Below, piece after piece: positions 1 to 10,746 of a stretch of 64,000 nucleotides of DNA. Under the pieces are notes generated by a model that was given only the letters and a program-made list of their open reading frames with translations, was not told where the DNA came from and did not search any database. The stretch is from an uncultured Rubrivirga sp. (GTDB lineage Bacteria; Actinomycetota; Actinomycetes; S36-B12). The stretch lies in the NCBI GenBank assembly GCA_964385255.1, contig CAYLOH010000005.1, forward strand, positions 35,956-99,955, read 5' to 3'. Made by a program: the position numbers and the translations under genes. Each line of letters opens with the position of its first letter. Within the stretch, counting starts at the first letter, position 1.

Positions 1-258
1 CCTGCGGAAGGCTCCCTGCTCTTCCAGGGAGTGGAGGACGAGCGCTTTTACTTCGTGCATTCCTATGGAGTCTTGACATGGGATTGGCCGACCACATCGG
101 CAAGCGTGCAGCGACCACCGTTGGTTACCTGGGGCGATTACGGTTCCCGATTCATCGCCGCCATCGAGAACGGTCCGTTGACGGCTACCCAGTTCCACCC
201 GGAGAAGTCGGGGGAGGCCGGCGCCATCCTCCTTGCGAATTGGGTTGGCGGCCTGTGA
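1..258 (+). CDS. hisH: Imidazole glycerol phosphate synthase glutamine amidotransferase subunit HisH, 3' part (5' end outside window)
   Basis: The frame is open from base 1. The translation ...[11 protein letters not shown]...[21 protein letters not shown] matches the HisH C-terminus, and hisA/hisF/hisI follow. Confidence 0.85.
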   Translation, partial: PAEGSLLFQGVEDERFYFVHSYGVLTWDWPTTSASVQRPPLVTWGDYGSRFIAAIENGPLTATQFHPEKSGEAGAILLANWVGGL

Positions 259-752
259 ACTCTCGGTCAACGTCCACATGTGTCTGTGGACTTGTCCTGC
301 CCTCGATATCAGCGCCCACGCATCCCTACGTCCCGGCAACGCCAGCTTGTTGGGAGGCCTTCGGACTGCTGCAAGCAGACGAGTACGAGCGCTTCGGCTA
401 CTCGACGGCGCACGGCCTGATCGTTGATGCATACATGGCTTCGCATCCGGGTTCGCCGGATCGACGCAACCGGCAATCGATCGTCCTCCATGTGGTGGGT
501 CTGTGCGCCCTGGTGGAATTCAACGTCGGATTCGACGAACGGGCTCGGTTATTGAAGTCTCTCGCACACAACGACTATCCGATGTGGCAGTGGCAAGGGC
601 CACCGGAAGGTGTCACGCTGCTCGACGTGATGTTTGCCGCTGATGAGAAAGATCTTCACGTGAGGGCGCTTACCTGGGCCTGTCGTGTCTGGGCTGCCTG
701 GGAACCGTACGCCGACGAGGCGCGTGAACTCGTGAGGAGTTCAAGACTCTAA
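255..752 (+). CDS. DUF5946-like hypothetical protein
   Basis: GTG 255 overlaps the hisH stop (GTGA). CVCG...[25 protein letters not shown]...[10 protein letters not shown] resembles the actinobacterial DUF5946 family (from memory). The 5' part of track ORF 78..752 overlaps hisH and was trimmed. Confidence 0.6.
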   Translation: MNSRSTSTCVCGLVLPSISAPTHPYVPATPACWEAFGLLQADEYERFGYSTAHGLIVDAYMASHPGSPDRRNRQSIVLHVVGLCALVEFNVGFDERARLLKSLAHNDYPMWQWQGPPEGVTLLDVMFAADEKDLHVRALTWACRVWAAWEPYADEARELVRSSRL

Positions 753-761
753 GGTGGGTGG

Positions 762-1550
762 GTGCTCTCATCCCACAGTCGCCCCCCGCTGCTCGAACTC
801 CTACCGGCCGTCGACGTTGCCGATGGTCAGGCAGTGCGTCTGGTTCAAGGCAAAGCCGGCTCGGAAACCGTCTACGGCAAACCCCTGGAAGCTGCGCGCT
901 CCTGGGTCCATCAGGGTGCCACGTGGATCCACCTGGTGGATCTCGACGCGGCTTTCGGTCGCGGCAGCAACGCCGACGTGATCCGTCAGGTCGTCCACTC
1001 ATTGCGTGACGAGGTGCGCATCGAGTTATCCGGCGGAATTCGTGACGACGAATCCTTGGCGGCGGCTCTGGCAACCGGCTGCACCCGCGTGAACCTGGGA
1101 ACCGCGGCGTTGGAGGATCCCGACTGGACCGAGCGGGTCATCGGTGAACACGGTGATCGCATCGCGGTGGGCCTCGACGTCAAGGGTCACACCCTCGCCG
1201 CTCGCGGCTGGACCACCGACGGCGGGGATCTGTGGGAGACGTTGGGTCGATTGGATGCCGCCGGGTGTGCTCGGTACGTGGTCACCGATGTTCACAAGGA
1301 CGGCACCATGAAGGGGCCGAACTTCCATCTGTTGCGGGATGTCTGCAAGGTGACGAAGGCGCACGTGATCGCCTCCGGTGGAATCAGCCATTTGGAAGAC
1401 CTCCACAAGCTCGCGGACATGACCTCGGACGGGATCGAGGGCGCCATCATCGGAAGGGCTCTGTACGACGGAGCGTTCACCCTCGCCGAGGCGATAGCGG
1501 CCATCGAAGCTCGCTACGACCCGTACGAGTGGGGTCCGCCGCGACCATGA
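762..1550 (+). CDS. hisA: HisA/PriA-type phosphoribosyl isomerase (ProFAR isomerase, probably also PRA isomerase)
   Basis: [21 protein letters not shown]...[10 protein letters not shown]...ASGGIS. SD-like AAGGTGG lies at 751-757. There is no trpF, and no PRAI domain fused to trpC in this trp cluster, as in actinobacteria that use bifunctional PriA. Confidence 0.9.
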   Translation: MLSSHSRPPLLELLPAVDVADGQAVRLVQGKAGSETVYGKPLEAARSWVHQGATWIHLVDLDAAFGRGSNADVIRQVVHSLRDEVRIELSGGIRDDESLAAALATGCTRVNLGTAALEDPDWTERVIGEHGDRIAVGLDVKGHTLAARGWTTDGGDLWETLGRLDAAGCARYVVTDVHKDGTMKGPNFHLLRDVCKVTKAHVIASGGISHLEDLHKLADMTSDGIEGAIIGRALYDGAFTLAEAIAAIEARYDPYEWGPPRP

Positions 1551-1557
1551 CGCTTTC

Positions 1558-2349
1558 ATGACGCTGGCGATCAGAGTGATTCCGTGTCTGGATGTCGATG
1601 CCGGGCGCGTGGTCAAGGGTGTCAATTTCGACGGGCTGAGAGACGCGGGCGACCCGGTCGAACTGGCGGCTCGCTACGACCGCGAGGGCGCGGACGAATT
1701 GGTCTTCCTGGACATCACTGCCTCCTCGGGTAATCGCGAGACCACCTACGAGGTGGTTCGTCGGACGGCGGAATCGGTCTTCATCCCGTTGACCGTCGGC
1801 GGGGGAGTGCGGTCGGTCGAGGACTTCGATCGTCTCCTGCGGGCCGGTGCGGACAAGGTGAGTTTGAACACTGCGGCGATTGCCGATCCCTCGTTACTTA
1901 CCGACGCTGGTCGACGTTTCGGAGCCCAGTGCGTGGTGCTGAGCGTCGATGCGCGTCGTTGTCCACCGGGCACGTCGACTGCGAGCGGATTCGAAGTCAC
2001 GACCCACGGTGGTCGGCGTGGAACGGGACTCGATGCGATCGCGTGGGCCGTCGAGGGTGTCGAGCGTGGAGCAGGGGAGATTCTGCTCAACTCGATGGAT
2101 GCCGATGGCACCACTTCGGGCTTCGACCGTGAGTTGATCAGTGAGGTGCGCGCGCGAGTCGACGTGCCCCTGATAGCGAGCGGGGGAGCAGGGGTGGCGG
2201 AAGACTTCCCTAGAGCCGTGGAGGTCGGAGCGGACGCCGTTTTGGCCGCGAGTGTCTTCCACTTCGGTCAGGTGTCGATTCGTCAGGCCAAGTCAGCACT
2301 CGCCGACGCCGGCTATCCGGTTCGACGGCACAATGTCTTGCATGCCTGA
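1558..2349 (+). CDS. hisF: Imidazole glycerol phosphate synthase cyclase subunit HisF
   Basis: [20 protein letters not shown]...[12 protein letters not shown]...GGGVRS...ASGGAG is the full-length HisF signature. Confidence 0.95.
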   Translation: MTLAIRVIPCLDVDAGRVVKGVNFDGLRDAGDPVELAARYDREGADELVFLDITASSGNRETTYEVVRRTAESVFIPLTVGGGVRSVEDFDRLLRAGADKVSLNTAAIADPSLLTDAGRRFGAQCVVLSVDARRCPPGTSTASGFEVTTHGGRRGTGLDAIAWAVEGVERGAGEILLNSMDADGTTSGFDRELISEVRARVDVPLIASGGAGVAEDFPRAVEVGADAVLAASVFHFGQVSIRQAKSALADAGYPVRRHNVLHA

Positions 2350-2704
2350 ACCCACCATCGACCTTCTCGCGCTGCCGGTAGACGAGATCGTGTCTCGCGT
2401 GCACTTCGATGCTGACGGGTTGGTCCCGGTCGTCGCGCAACAAGTCGACACGGGTCGGGTACTGATGCTCGCCTGGATGGATGAGGACGCCCTTCGCGCC
2501 ACGGTGGTGACCCGACGTGGCACGTATTTCTCCCGAAGCCGGCGCTCTCTGTGGGTCAAGGGGGAGACCTCCGGACACACCCAGCGAGTGGAGCAGTTGC
2601 ATCTGGATTGTGACGGGGATGCGATCGTCATGCTCGTCGAGCAGGTGGGCCCGGCATGCCACACGGGGGCAGAGAGTTGCTTCGACACCGGTGGCGTGCG
2701 GTGA
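2342..2704 (+). CDS. hisI: Phosphoribosyl-AMP cyclohydrolase HisI
   Basis: [26 protein letters not shown]...[18 protein letters not shown]...DCDGDAIV...[10 protein letters not shown] 2342 overlaps the hisF end by 8 nt (alternative ATG at 2333). Confidence 0.9.
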   Translation: MPEPTIDLLALPVDEIVSRVHFDADGLVPVVAQQVDTGRVLMLAWMDEDALRATVVTRRGTYFSRSRRSLWVKGETSGHTQRVEQLHLDCDGDAIVMLVEQVGPACHTGAESCFDTGGVR

Positions 2705-4272
2705 GCGGAGGCCGGGCGCAGAGTCTGGAACGCTTCCGCATATTGGCGCGCGATCGCCGTGTCATTCCGGTGACTCGAACGTTGTTGGCCGACGGACTGA
2801 CCGCCGTCGGCCTCTTCGAGACGTTGTGCGGCGAACGAGCAGGCACCTTCTTGTTGGAATCCGCTGAAGCCGGTCGGGCGTGGTCGCGCTATTCCTTCGT
2901 GGGTGTTCGCTCGGTCGCGATGCTCACCGAACGTGACGGTCGCGCACACTGGGTGGGAAAGGTTCCGGTCGGATTGCCGACGGACGGCTCGGCGTGGGAG
3001 GTGCTGCGGCGGTCCGTGGAGGTTCTGCAGACCCCGGACCCGCCGAGCGAAGGTGGCCCACGATTCACGAGCGGGTTCGTGGGGTGTCTGGCGTACGACG
3101 CTGTTCGAAACTTCGAACGACTCCCCGATGGAAATGCATCTGTCGTCCATATGCCGGACGTTGCGTTCCTGCTCGCCACCGACATGGCTGTCCTGGATCA
3201 CTTCCGAGGGACCGTGACGCTCATTGCAACGGCCATCAACTTCGATGCCCGCGATGAACGAGTGGACGAGGCATGGGTCGATGCGAACACACGACTCGAT
3301 GCCATGGAAGCCGCCCTCGCTTCGCCCCCGCAGATCGAGGTCTCGCACGTGACCTCTGCGACTCCTATCGACGTCCACGCCCACACCACCGAGGCCGAAT
3401 ATCGAGATCGCGTCGAACGAGCCAAGGACCACATCCGTGCGGGCGACGCATTTCAGATCGTCCTCTCCCAGCGTTACTCATTGCCCGTCTCCGCCAGCGC
3501 TTTGGACGTCTACCGCGTTCTCCGTTCGTCGAATCCCAGCCCCTACATGTATCTGATCCGCATCCCTCGATCGGACGGCTCGACCTCGCTATCGGACGAG
3601 AGCGCTTTCGACGTCGTGGGATCCTCACCCGAAGCCCTCGTGACCGTCGACGACGGACGGTGCACGGTCCACCCGATAGCCGGTACGCGACGTCGCGGCA
3701 GGGATCTGGTCGAGGACAAGGCGCTCGCTGAGGATCTCTTGACGGATCCCAAGGAGCGGGCTGAGCACGTGATGCTCGTCGACCTGGCTAGGAACGATCT
3801 AGGTCGCGTCTGCGAACCGGGCTCCATCGACGTAGCCGAGTTCATGGAGATCGAGCGGTACTCGCACGTCATGCACATCGTCTCGACCGTTACGGGAAGG
3901 CTCAAGCCAGGGACCACACCGTTGGATGCATTGCGCGCAACGTTTCCCGCCGGGACGTTGAGTGGCGCGCCCAAAGTTCGAGCTATGGAAATCATCGATG
4001 AGCTCGAAACTTCGCGTCGAGGCCTGTACGGCGGGGTGGTCGGTTACGTCGACTTCTCGGGGAATCTGGACATGGCCATCGCGATCCGAACGGCGTTCAT
4101 CCAGGACGGTGTCGCCCATGTTCAAGCCGGTGCCGGCATCGTCGCGGATTCTGACCCGCAAGCCGAAGCCCTGGAATGCGCCAACAAGGCGGGTGCGGTG
4201 CTGTCCGCCATCGCCACGGCCGACTCGTTGCAGCCGGTCGGCGGCGCCCCGGCGACGGGCGAGGCCTCATGA
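2701..4272 (+). CDS. trpE: Anthranilate synthase component I
   Basis: LLESAE...FQIVLSQR...NPSPYMY...GSSPE...[10 protein letters not shown]...[22 protein letters not shown]...[18 protein letters not shown] 2701 overlaps the hisI stop (GTGA). Confidence 0.95.
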   Translation: MSGGRAQSLERFRILARDRRVIPVTRTLLADGLTAVGLFETLCGERAGTFLLESAEAGRAWSRYSFVGVRSVAMLTERDGRAHWVGKVPVGLPTDGSAWEVLRRSVEVLQTPDPPSEGGPRFTSGFVGCLAYDAVRNFERLPDGNASVVHMPDVAFLLATDMAVLDHFRGTVTLIATAINFDARDERVDEAWVDANTRLDAMEAALASPPQIEVSHVTSATPIDVHAHTTEAEYRDRVERAKDHIRAGDAFQIVLSQRYSLPVSASALDVYRVLRSSNPSPYMYLIRIPRSDGSTSLSDESAFDVVGSSPEALVTVDDGRCTVHPIAGTRRRGRDLVEDKALAEDLLTDPKERAEHVMLVDLARNDLGRVCEPGSIDVAEFMEIERYSHVMHIVSTVTGRLKPGTTPLDALRATFPAGTLSGAPKVRAMEIIDELETSRRGLYGGVVGYVDFSGNLDMAIAIRTAFIQDGVAHVQAGAGIVADSDPQAEALECANKAGAVLSAIATADSLQPVGGAPATGEAS

Positions 4273-4883
4273 CGGGCTCGCGGCTGACTCGCTCGCGCGA
4301 GTACGCCCTGGTGTTGGCACTGCTCGTGGTCGGGGCAGCGCTCGCGTGGTGGGCCACGTCCGCGTCGTGGGCGGTCGGCGAGCAGGAATTGTTGGGCGAC
4401 ACCTCCGGACGCGACGTCGGCGCCGTAGCCCAGCAAAGCCTTTCCGCCGGGACCCTGGCCCCTGCTGCCGCGGCTATGCCGATCGTCGTGTTCGCAGGAC
4501 TCGCCGGCGTCATCGGATCACGTGGATGGCTGCGTCGTGTGATCGGAGCCATCATCTGTCTTGCCGGCGGCATCCTGACCTGGTCCGGTGTTTCGACGGC
4601 GATGACTCTCGAGGTTGGGAATCCGGTCTCCCCACCGGCCGTCGGCGTCGTCGTGTCGGTAGCCATCGTCTATCCCGTGCTGGCGGCGGTCGCAGGTCTC
4701 GTGGTGGCCGTGTCCGGCTTGCTGGTCGTCACCCGCGGGGCGCAGTGGCCCTCACTGGGCGCCAACTATGAGCGTTCGACCAAGCGTCCTCGGGATGCAT
4801 GGGAGGCGCTGGATGCGGGAATCGATCCGACGGATGACCCAGCCGTCGATGGCACTGGCAGCGGGACGATTGATCGGTCGTGA
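4269..4883 (+). CDS. Trp-operon-associated polytopic membrane protein (TIGR02234-like)
   Basis: ATG 4269 overlaps the trpE stop (ATGA). It has several hydrophobic segments (LVLALLVVGAALAWWA, AAAAMPIVVFAGLAGVIG, IGAIICLAGGILTW, VVVSVAIVYPVLAAVAGLVVAV). Its position after trpE is typical of the actinobacterial family. Confidence 0.7.
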   Translation: MTGSRLTRSREYALVLALLVVGAALAWWATSASWAVGEQELLGDTSGRDVGAVAQQSLSAGTLAPAAAAMPIVVFAGLAGVIGSRGWLRRVIGAIICLAGGILTWSGVSTAMTLEVGNPVSPPAVGVVVSVAIVYPVLAAVAGLVVAVSGLLVVTRGAQWPSLGANYERSTKRPRDAWEALDAGIDPTDDPAVDGTGSGTIDRS

Positions 4884-4895
4884 TTGGATAGCGAT

Positions 4896-5162
4896 ATGAC
4901 CGCAGCGAACCCGACGGACTCCGGACATCGTGAACACGTGGAGCCCCACGACGACCACGGCTCCACCCCCGCGGCCTGGACTACCGTGGTGATCATCACC
5001 ATCGCATTCACCGTGGGAACAGTCGCGATCATTCTGGCGAATTGGCCGCTTTTCTGGGTTGGCGTGGGCCTGGTGGTGGTCGGCCCGATCGTTGGCCGGA
5101 TCATGCAGGCCATGGGGCTGGGTAAGAAGCCGGCGAAGAAGGCCTCACCCAGCGACTCTTAA
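4896..5162 (+). CDS. HGxxPAAW-motif small membrane protein
   Basis: An exact HGSTPAAW motif is followed by two hydrophobic helices (TTVVIITIAFTVGTVAIILA, FWVGVGLVVVGPIVG). ATG 4896 is preferred over the TTG at 4884. Confidence 0.6.
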   Translation: MTAANPTDSGHREHVEPHDDHGSTPAAWTTVVIITIAFTVGTVAIILANWPLFWVGVGLVVVGPIVGRIMQAMGLGKKPAKKASPSDS

Positions 5163-5230
5163 CGCAATTCGAACACGTCCCGGACACATCGGCGCTCCCG
5201 TCGTCACCCTCGGTCTGCCACCCTTGTCCC

Positions 5231-5914
5231 ATGTCTGAGCGTGGGCTCGTTCTCGTCGTCGAGGATGAGAAGGCGATCTCCGATCTGCTTCGTCTGTATT
5301 TGTCGCGCGAGGGATACGGGGTACACACGGAGGTTGATGGACCCGCCGGACTCGCGGCCGCACGCACCCGACATCCCGTGGCTGTCATCTTGGATGTCGG
5401 TCTTCCCGGTATGGACGGGACTCAGATCTGTCGAACGCTACGCGCCGAGGAGAACTGGGTTCCGATCATCTTCTGCACGGCCCGCGACGATGAGGTCGAC
5501 CGGGTTCTAGGGCTGGAAATGGGTGCGGATGACTATGTCACGAAGCCATTCAGCCCTCGCGAAGTAGTCGCGAGGGTCACGTCACTCATTCGGCGATCGG
5601 CTCTTGCCTCTCGAGAGTCGGGTCCCATGCGAATCGGTGCCGTCAGTGTGGACGTGACAAGGCGGCGCGTTTTCGTCGATGACCGCGAAGTGCAACTGAC
5701 GGCGACCGAGTTCGATCTGCTGGCGCATCTGATGTCCGAACCCGGTCGCGTGTTCAGTCGCGACCAACTGTTATCCGAGGTGTGGGGATATGCCTCCGCC
5801 GTGGGAACCCGCACGGTAGACGTGCACGTGGCTCAACTCAGGGCCAAGTTGGGCGATGCCAGCCCCTTGCGGACGGTGCGCGGCGTCGGTTACTCGGTCG
5901 AGGCCGACCGATGA
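5231..5914 (+). CDS. OmpR/PhoB-family response regulator
   Basis: The receiver domain has VLVVEDE...ILDVGLPGMDG...DDYVTKPF. The winged-helix output domain has LTATEFDLL...RTVDVHVAQLRAKL...RGVGY. Confidence 0.9.
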   Translation: MSERGLVLVVEDEKAISDLLRLYLSREGYGVHTEVDGPAGLAAARTRHPVAVILDVGLPGMDGTQICRTLRAEENWVPIIFCTARDDEVDRVLGLEMGADDYVTKPFSPREVVARVTSLIRRSALASRESGPMRIGAVSVDVTRRRVFVDDREVQLTATEFDLLAHLMSEPGRVFSRDQLLSEVWGYASAVGTRTVDVHVAQLRAKLGDASPLRTVRGVGYSVEADR

Positions 5915-7308
5915 CTTCCGATCGACTCCCCGGGCGGTCGAGTCGCGCCGGAATCGTGACGCAGACCATGGTGCTCGTCAGTGCGATCGCCGCGATCGCC
6001 GTCCTCGTCGCCGGTGTTGCTTCGTTCCCGTTCGTTCGCGCCGCTGCCGAAGGCCAAGCCCAGGGCAAACTCGCTAGCCTCGCGGACGTCACGGCGGCGT
6101 ACGCCGAGCGTCTGGTGCAATCGCCAGGTCGTCCGCTGCCACGGCCGTTGACCCGAGTTCTCGGGCAGGAAGAGATCACGGGATATCTGATCGGCGACGG
6201 GGGACAGATTCCCGATCAGCTACCACCCGACCTCGTGGCAGACGCGATTGCCGGCGAGGCGGTATCCGCACGCGTTTCGATCGATGGTGGACCCGTGGTG
6301 TTGCTCGAAGGTCGCCCGGTACCCGGCGGTGCGCTATTCCTGGTTCAACCCGTCACAGCGGTAAGCGGCGTGACCGGAGCATTCCTGATCCGCATCATCG
6401 GCGCCTTGGGGTTGGGTTTGGTCATTGCCCTCGCGATCGCTTTCGTGGTCGCCCGGCGCCTGTCACGACCGCTGCGAGCAGCCCAAGCAGCAGCGCACCG
6501 CATGGCCTCCGGATCTCGCGACGAGCAACTGCCCATCGAAGGTCCGGCCGAGGTCGCCGATATCGCCGAAGCCTTGAATGGCCTGAACTCCGCACTGGTC
6601 GCATCGGAGGCTCGCCAGCGAGAGTTCTTGCTATCGGTCTCGCACGAATTGCGCACGCCGCTCACCGCGGTGCAGGGCTACGGGGAGGCCTTAGCAGACG
6701 GTCTTGTGCCGAAACAAGACATCTCCCGAGTCGGCGAAACGATCTCGGCAGAGGCCACGCGGCTGAACCGTCTCGTCAATGATTTGCTCGATCTGGCACG
6801 CATGGGCGCGGTCGACTTCCGCGTCGCTTCGCAAGAGATCGATCTCAGTGAGGTGGTGGAGGAAACGGCGCGCGTGTGGCGCGACCGCTGTGCCCGCGAG
6901 AGTGTGATGTTCACCGTCGAGGGTGCGACCGTGCCGGCACGCGTGAGCGCAGATGCCATGCGGGTTCGCCAGGTGCTGGACAACCTGCTGGAGAACGCCT
7001 TGCGCGTTTCCCCGAGGAATTCGACGATCTCGGTACGCATCCATCGCGATCACGATGTCGCGGGCGCAGGGTTCATCGTCGTCGAGGTGCATGACGGTGG
7101 GCCCGGGCTCACGCCGGATGACCTCGACGTGGCCTTCGAGCCCGGAGCCTTGCATGAGAGGTACACAGGTATCCGCCCCGTCGGCACCGGCGTAGGACTG
7201 GCTTTGGTCGCACGCCTTGCGGCTGCCATGGGTGGCTCGGCTGCCGTGACCAGCACCCCAGGTCACGGCACGTCCTTATGGGTTCGCCTACCTCAGTCGC
7301 CGACGTAG
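5911..7308 (+). CDS. Sensor histidine kinase (2 TM, HAMP, HisKA, HATPase_c)
   Basis: ATG 5911 overlaps the response-regulator stop (ATGA). There are two TM segments, H-box SHELRTPLTAVQGY, N-box LDNLLENALR, and G-boxes DGGPGL and GTGVGLALV. Confidence 0.9.
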   Translation: MTSDRLPGRSSRAGIVTQTMVLVSAIAAIAVLVAGVASFPFVRAAAEGQAQGKLASLADVTAAYAERLVQSPGRPLPRPLTRVLGQEEITGYLIGDGGQIPDQLPPDLVADAIAGEAVSARVSIDGGPVVLLEGRPVPGGALFLVQPVTAVSGVTGAFLIRIIGALGLGLVIALAIAFVVARRLSRPLRAAQAAAHRMASGSRDEQLPIEGPAEVADIAEALNGLNSALVASEARQREFLLSVSHELRTPLTAVQGYGEALADGLVPKQDISRVGETISAEATRLNRLVNDLLDLARMGAVDFRVASQEIDLSEVVEETARVWRDRCARESVMFTVEGATVPARVSADAMRVRQVLDNLLENALRVSPRNSTISVRIHRDHDVAGAGFIVVEVHDGGPGLTPDDLDVAFEPGALHERYTGIRPVGTGVGLALVARLAAAMGGSAAVTSTPGHGTSLWVRLPQSPT

Positions 7309-7317
7309 GGTGATCGC

Positions 7318-7761
7318 GTGGACGCGGCCGTGCACGTCGATGAGCGAACGCGGCTTCGTCGCATGCTTCCCGTCGCGGCAACCGGAATCAGCGCAGTGGT
7401 GGCCGCGCTGTATCTGCGTGCCGTCGACCCGAACGTGCCCGGCCATTACCCGGGGTGTCCGAGTCAGTCCCTGCTGGGCATCGATTGCGCTGGTTGCGGC
7501 GGCATGCGCGGCACGTACGATCTCCTGCACGGGGATCTCGCTGGCATGGTCGACAACAACGTCCTGCTGGTGATTGCGTTGCCGACGGCCATCGTCGCCT
7601 TTGCGCTCTGGGCACGCCGATCCTGGACCGGACGCAGCCCTCGATGGGACGTCGAAGTACAAACTCGCCGCACTCGAGTGTGGGTGTGGGTCGTCATCGT
7701 CGTTCTGGCATTCGGGCTGGTCCGCAACTTCGTACCCTTCCTCGGCGCCGGCCCGGGTTAA
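7318..7761 (+). CDS. DUF2752-like membrane protein
   Basis: The [19 protein letters not shown] motif plus downstream TM helices match the DUF2752 pattern (CP...G..CPGCG..R), recalled from memory. Confidence 0.7.
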   Translation: MDAAVHVDERTRLRRMLPVAATGISAVVAALYLRAVDPNVPGHYPGCPSQSLLGIDCAGCGGMRGTYDLLHGDLAGMVDNNVLLVIALPTAIVAFALWARRSWTGRSPRWDVEVQTRRTRVWVWVVIVVLAFGLVRNFVPFLGAGPG

Positions 7762-7804
7762 CGGCCCCGATTGCCGCCGCGGCGCATCGGCGTACTGTGG
7801 GGCT

Positions 7805-8623
7805 GTGAGCGTGCTCGATGACATCGTGGCCGGAGTCCGAGAGGACGTCGCGCAACGAATGCAGAGTGTGCCGCTCGACGAATTGAAGGAACGTTCGTCT
7901 CGGGTGCCCTGTGCACGTGACCCGCGGGCGATGCTTCGCGGTGATCATGTGTGCGTCATCGCGGAAGTCAAGCGCGAGAGCCCGAGCAGGGGTCCACTCG
8001 CCGCCATCTCCGATCCGGCTGCACTCGCGCGCGACTACGAGGCCGGCGGTGCGCACTGCATCAGCGTGCTCACCGAAGAGCGACGGTTCGGTGGCAGTTT
8101 GGCCGATCTCGCTGCTGTCCGCGCGGCCGTCGATATCCCGATCTTGCGCAAGGACTTCATTGTTGGCAGCTACCAGTTGTGGGAAGCGCGGGCGTATGGC
8201 GCCGACTTGGTCTTGCTGATCGTCGCTGCATTGGAACAAGATGCGCTGATCTCCTTGGTTGAGCGCGCGCGCAGTCTGGGGCTCACACCCTTGGTGGAGG
8301 TCCATGACGAAGCCGAGGTCGTCCGTGCGTTGGCCGCCGGAGCCGACGTCATCGGGGTGAACGCCAGGAATCTGAAGACCTTGGAGATCGACCGATCGAC
8401 GTTCGCCCGACTCGTCCACTTGATTCCGGACTCGTGCATCAAGATCGCGGAATCGGGAATTCGGGAACCGCATGATTTGATCGCCTACGCCGAGGCAGGC
8501 GCCGACGCGGTGCTCGTCGGCGAGAGTCTGGTCACCGGCAAGGATCCCCGGTCGGCGGTGCACGATCTCGTAACCGCCGGAGCGCATCCGGCTCTTCGGC
8601 AGATCCGAAAGAGCCCGACATGA
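7805..8623 (+). CDS. trpC: Indole-3-glycerol phosphate synthase (monofunctional)
   Basis: [12 protein letters not shown]...[11 protein letters not shown]...[14 protein letters not shown]...ILRKDFI...NARNLKTLE. The start is GTG 7805 (or 7811). The track ORF from 7574 overlaps DUF2752 and was trimmed. Confidence 0.9.
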   Translation: MSVLDDIVAGVREDVAQRMQSVPLDELKERSSRVPCARDPRAMLRGDHVCVIAEVKRESPSRGPLAAISDPAALARDYEAGGAHCISVLTEERRFGGSLADLAAVRAAVDIPILRKDFIVGSYQLWEARAYGADLVLLIVAALEQDALISLVERARSLGLTPLVEVHDEAEVVRALAAGADVIGVNARNLKTLEIDRSTFARLVHLIPDSCIKIAESGIREPHDLIAYAEAGADAVLVGESLVTGKDPRSAVHDLVTAGAHPALRQIRKSPT

Positions 8624-9834
8624 CGGCGACCGATAGTTCGGTTCATACGACGTCACCGGGCCATTACGGACCCTACGGAGGTCGGTTCGTCCCCGAGGCC
8701 TTGATGGCGGCACTCGACCAATTGGAGTCCGCTTTCGACGCGGCGCTCGCCGACCCGTCGTTCGCACGCGAACTGGCCGACCTCGAACGCGATTACACCG
8801 GCCGGCCGTCACCCTTGACGCGTGCGCGTCGATTCGAGAAGGAATGCGGTGGAGCGAGGGTCTACCTCAAGCGCGAAGACTTGAATCACACCGGCTCCCA
8901 CAAGATCAATAACGTGCTCGGTCAGGCTCTGCTGACCCAACGCATGGGCAAGTCTCGGATCATCGCCGAAACCGGTGCCGGTCAACATGGCGTCGCCTCT
9001 GCGACCGCCGCGGCACTGATGGGCCTGGAGTGCGTCGTCTACATGGGGGTGGAGGACACCCGCCGACAGGCACTCAATGTCGCCCGCATGGAGCTTCTGG
9101 GAGCCTCGGTTGTGCCCGTGGAAACGGGAAGTCAAACGCTCAAGGATGCGATCAACGAAGCGATGCGCGACTGGGTGACGAATGTCGATCACACGCACTA
9201 CTTGTTGGGCACCGTGACCGGACCGTCACCGTTCCCCCGCATAGTCCGACACTTTCACAGCGTCATCGGGACCGAGACCCGAGAGCAGATTCGGAACATC
9301 GAAGGTCGGTTACCTGACGCGGTGGTCGCCTGCGTGGGGGGTGGATCCAACGCCATGGGTCTGTTCTCGGGATTCATCGACGATCCCGACGTTCGACTGA
9401 TTGGCTTTGAGGCTGGTGGCGAGGGCGTCGATTCGGGTCGACATGCTGCACGGTTCGCGATGGGAGCCCCCGGAGTCCTGCACGGTGCACGCACCTACGT
9501 CATGCAGGACGAGTGGGGACAAACCGTGCCCTCGCATTCGATCAGCGCCGGCTTGGATTACCCGGGAGTCGGTCCCGAGCATGCGTGGTTGCATGACACG
9601 GGACGTGCTTCGTACCAACCCGTAACCGATGCCGAGGCGATGGAGGCATTCGCTTTGTTGTCCCGGACAGAGGGAATCATCCCAGCGATCGAAACCGCCC
9701 ACGCGCTTGCGGGTGCGATGCGTGTGGGCCGGGAGTTGGGACCGGGTGCTGTCATCGTCGTGAACCTCTCCGGACGCGGCGACAAGGACGTCGTCACGGC
9801 CGCGCGCTGGTTCGGCATGAACATCGAGCAGTAG
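8620..9834 (+). CDS. trpB: Tryptophan synthase beta chain
   Basis: [13 protein letters not shown]...[16 protein letters not shown]...[10 protein letters not shown]...GGGSNA. ATGA overlap with trpC. Confidence 0.95.
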   Translation: MTATDSSVHTTSPGHYGPYGGRFVPEALMAALDQLESAFDAALADPSFARELADLERDYTGRPSPLTRARRFEKECGGARVYLKREDLNHTGSHKINNVLGQALLTQRMGKSRIIAETGAGQHGVASATAAALMGLECVVYMGVEDTRRQALNVARMELLGASVVPVETGSQTLKDAINEAMRDWVTNVDHTHYLLGTVTGPSPFPRIVRHFHSVIGTETREQIRNIEGRLPDAVVACVGGGSNAMGLFSGFIDDPDVRLIGFEAGGEGVDSGRHAARFAMGAPGVLHGARTYVMQDEWGQTVPSHSISAGLDYPGVGPEHAWLHDTGRASYQPVTDAEAMEAFALLSRTEGIIPAIETAHALAGAMRVGRELGPGAVIVVNLSGRGDKDVVTAARWFGMNIEQ

Positions 9835-9847
9835 TCGCACACCAACC

Positions 9848-10657
9848 ATGAACCCGAGAACCGCGTCCGTGTTCGATCGCGCCCGTAGCGAGGGTCGCGC
9901 AGTCCTCATCGGATATCTGCCGGCCGGTTTCCCCACGGTCGACGCCAGTATCGAGTTGATCTCGAGCATGCTGGAAGGTGGAGTCGATCTCGTGGAGGTG
10001 GGCCTTCCCTATTCGGACCCGCTGATGGATGGCCCGGCGATACAGCAAGCCGTGGAGACTGCGCTGTCGGCGGGTGTCACCACCGCGGACGTCCTCGAGG
10101 TCGTGGGTGCCATCGAGCCGGACGATTCGCAGGCCGTGGTCGTCATGAGCTACTGGAATCCAATCGAGCGGTACGGCCAAGGGCGCTTCGCCGAGGACCT
10201 CGCGGCCGCTGGCGGCAGTGGCGTCATCACTCCCGACCTCATTCCCGAAGAGGCCAGCACGTGGATGGAAGCGACGGAAGCGTCGGGAATCGACCGCACC
10301 TTCCTGGTTGCGCCCTCGTCCACCGATGCGCGCATCGACCTGGTGACCTCTGCCTGCTCCGGGTTCGTCTACGCGGCTTCGACTATGGGAGTCACCGGTG
10401 CTCGCGATCACGTCAGTTCAGCCGCTCCGGCTCTCGTTGAACGCGTGAGGTCGCACACGTCGGCTCCGGTCGGTGTGGGCCTGGGAGTCTCGAGCGCAGA
10501 CCAAGCGGCGGCGATAGCGGCCTACGCCGACGGCGTGATCGTTGGATCGGCCTTCGTCCGGCGGATATTGGACGCTGCGGATCTGCACGCCGCGAACGTC
10601 GCGGTCCGCGAGTTCGCCGCCGAACTGGCGTCCGGCGTGCGACGACCTGGGTCGTGA
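9848..10657 (+). CDS. trpA: Tryptophan synthase alpha chain
   Basis: LIGYLPAGFPT...GVDLVEVGLPYSDPLMDGPAIQ...GFVYAASTMGVTG...GVGLGVS. Confidence 0.95.
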   Translation: MNPRTASVFDRARSEGRAVLIGYLPAGFPTVDASIELISSMLEGGVDLVEVGLPYSDPLMDGPAIQQAVETALSAGVTTADVLEVVGAIEPDDSQAVVVMSYWNPIERYGQGRFAEDLAAAGGSGVITPDLIPEEASTWMEATEASGIDRTFLVAPSSTDARIDLVTSACSGFVYAASTMGVTGARDHVSSAAPALVERVRSHTSAPVGVGLGVSSADQAAAIAAYADGVIVGSAFVRRILDAADLHAANVAVREFAAELASGVRRPGS

Positions 10658-10746
10658 GCGCCGCCCGCCCTCGTGGCCTCAGTAGGTGAGCGTTCAATTA
10701 GTCTGGGGCTTCGCATAGGGATGTTCGACATACGTTCGGAGATGAC

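Noticed and set aside
78-254. 5' extensions of track ORFs that overlap the preceding gene. Examples start at 78, 2252, 2656, 4176, 5782, 7574, 18379, 27755, 29750, 30328, 30756, 36029, 36904, 41696, 44379, 54553, 58752 and 61668.
   Set aside because: In each case a downstream start reproduces the conserved N-terminus of the family, usually with an ATGA/GTGA overlap or an SD sequence. The extension would overlap a well-supported upstream gene in another frame.
2650-2705. Looked for a Trp leader peptide or attenuator upstream of trpE.
   Set aside because: hisI overlaps the trpE start (GTGA), so there is no leader region. I saw no tandem Trp codons in a short ORF there.
10694-10702. The 9-mer TCAATTAGT is shared by the trpA/dsbA-like intergenic region (10694-10702) and the arsR/argC region (58695-58703).
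   Set aside because: It occurs only twice and was noticed post hoc. My rough estimate is that a chance repeat of an AT-rich 9-mer in 128 kb of two-strand sequence is not negligible (order 0.1). There is no extended similarity around it.
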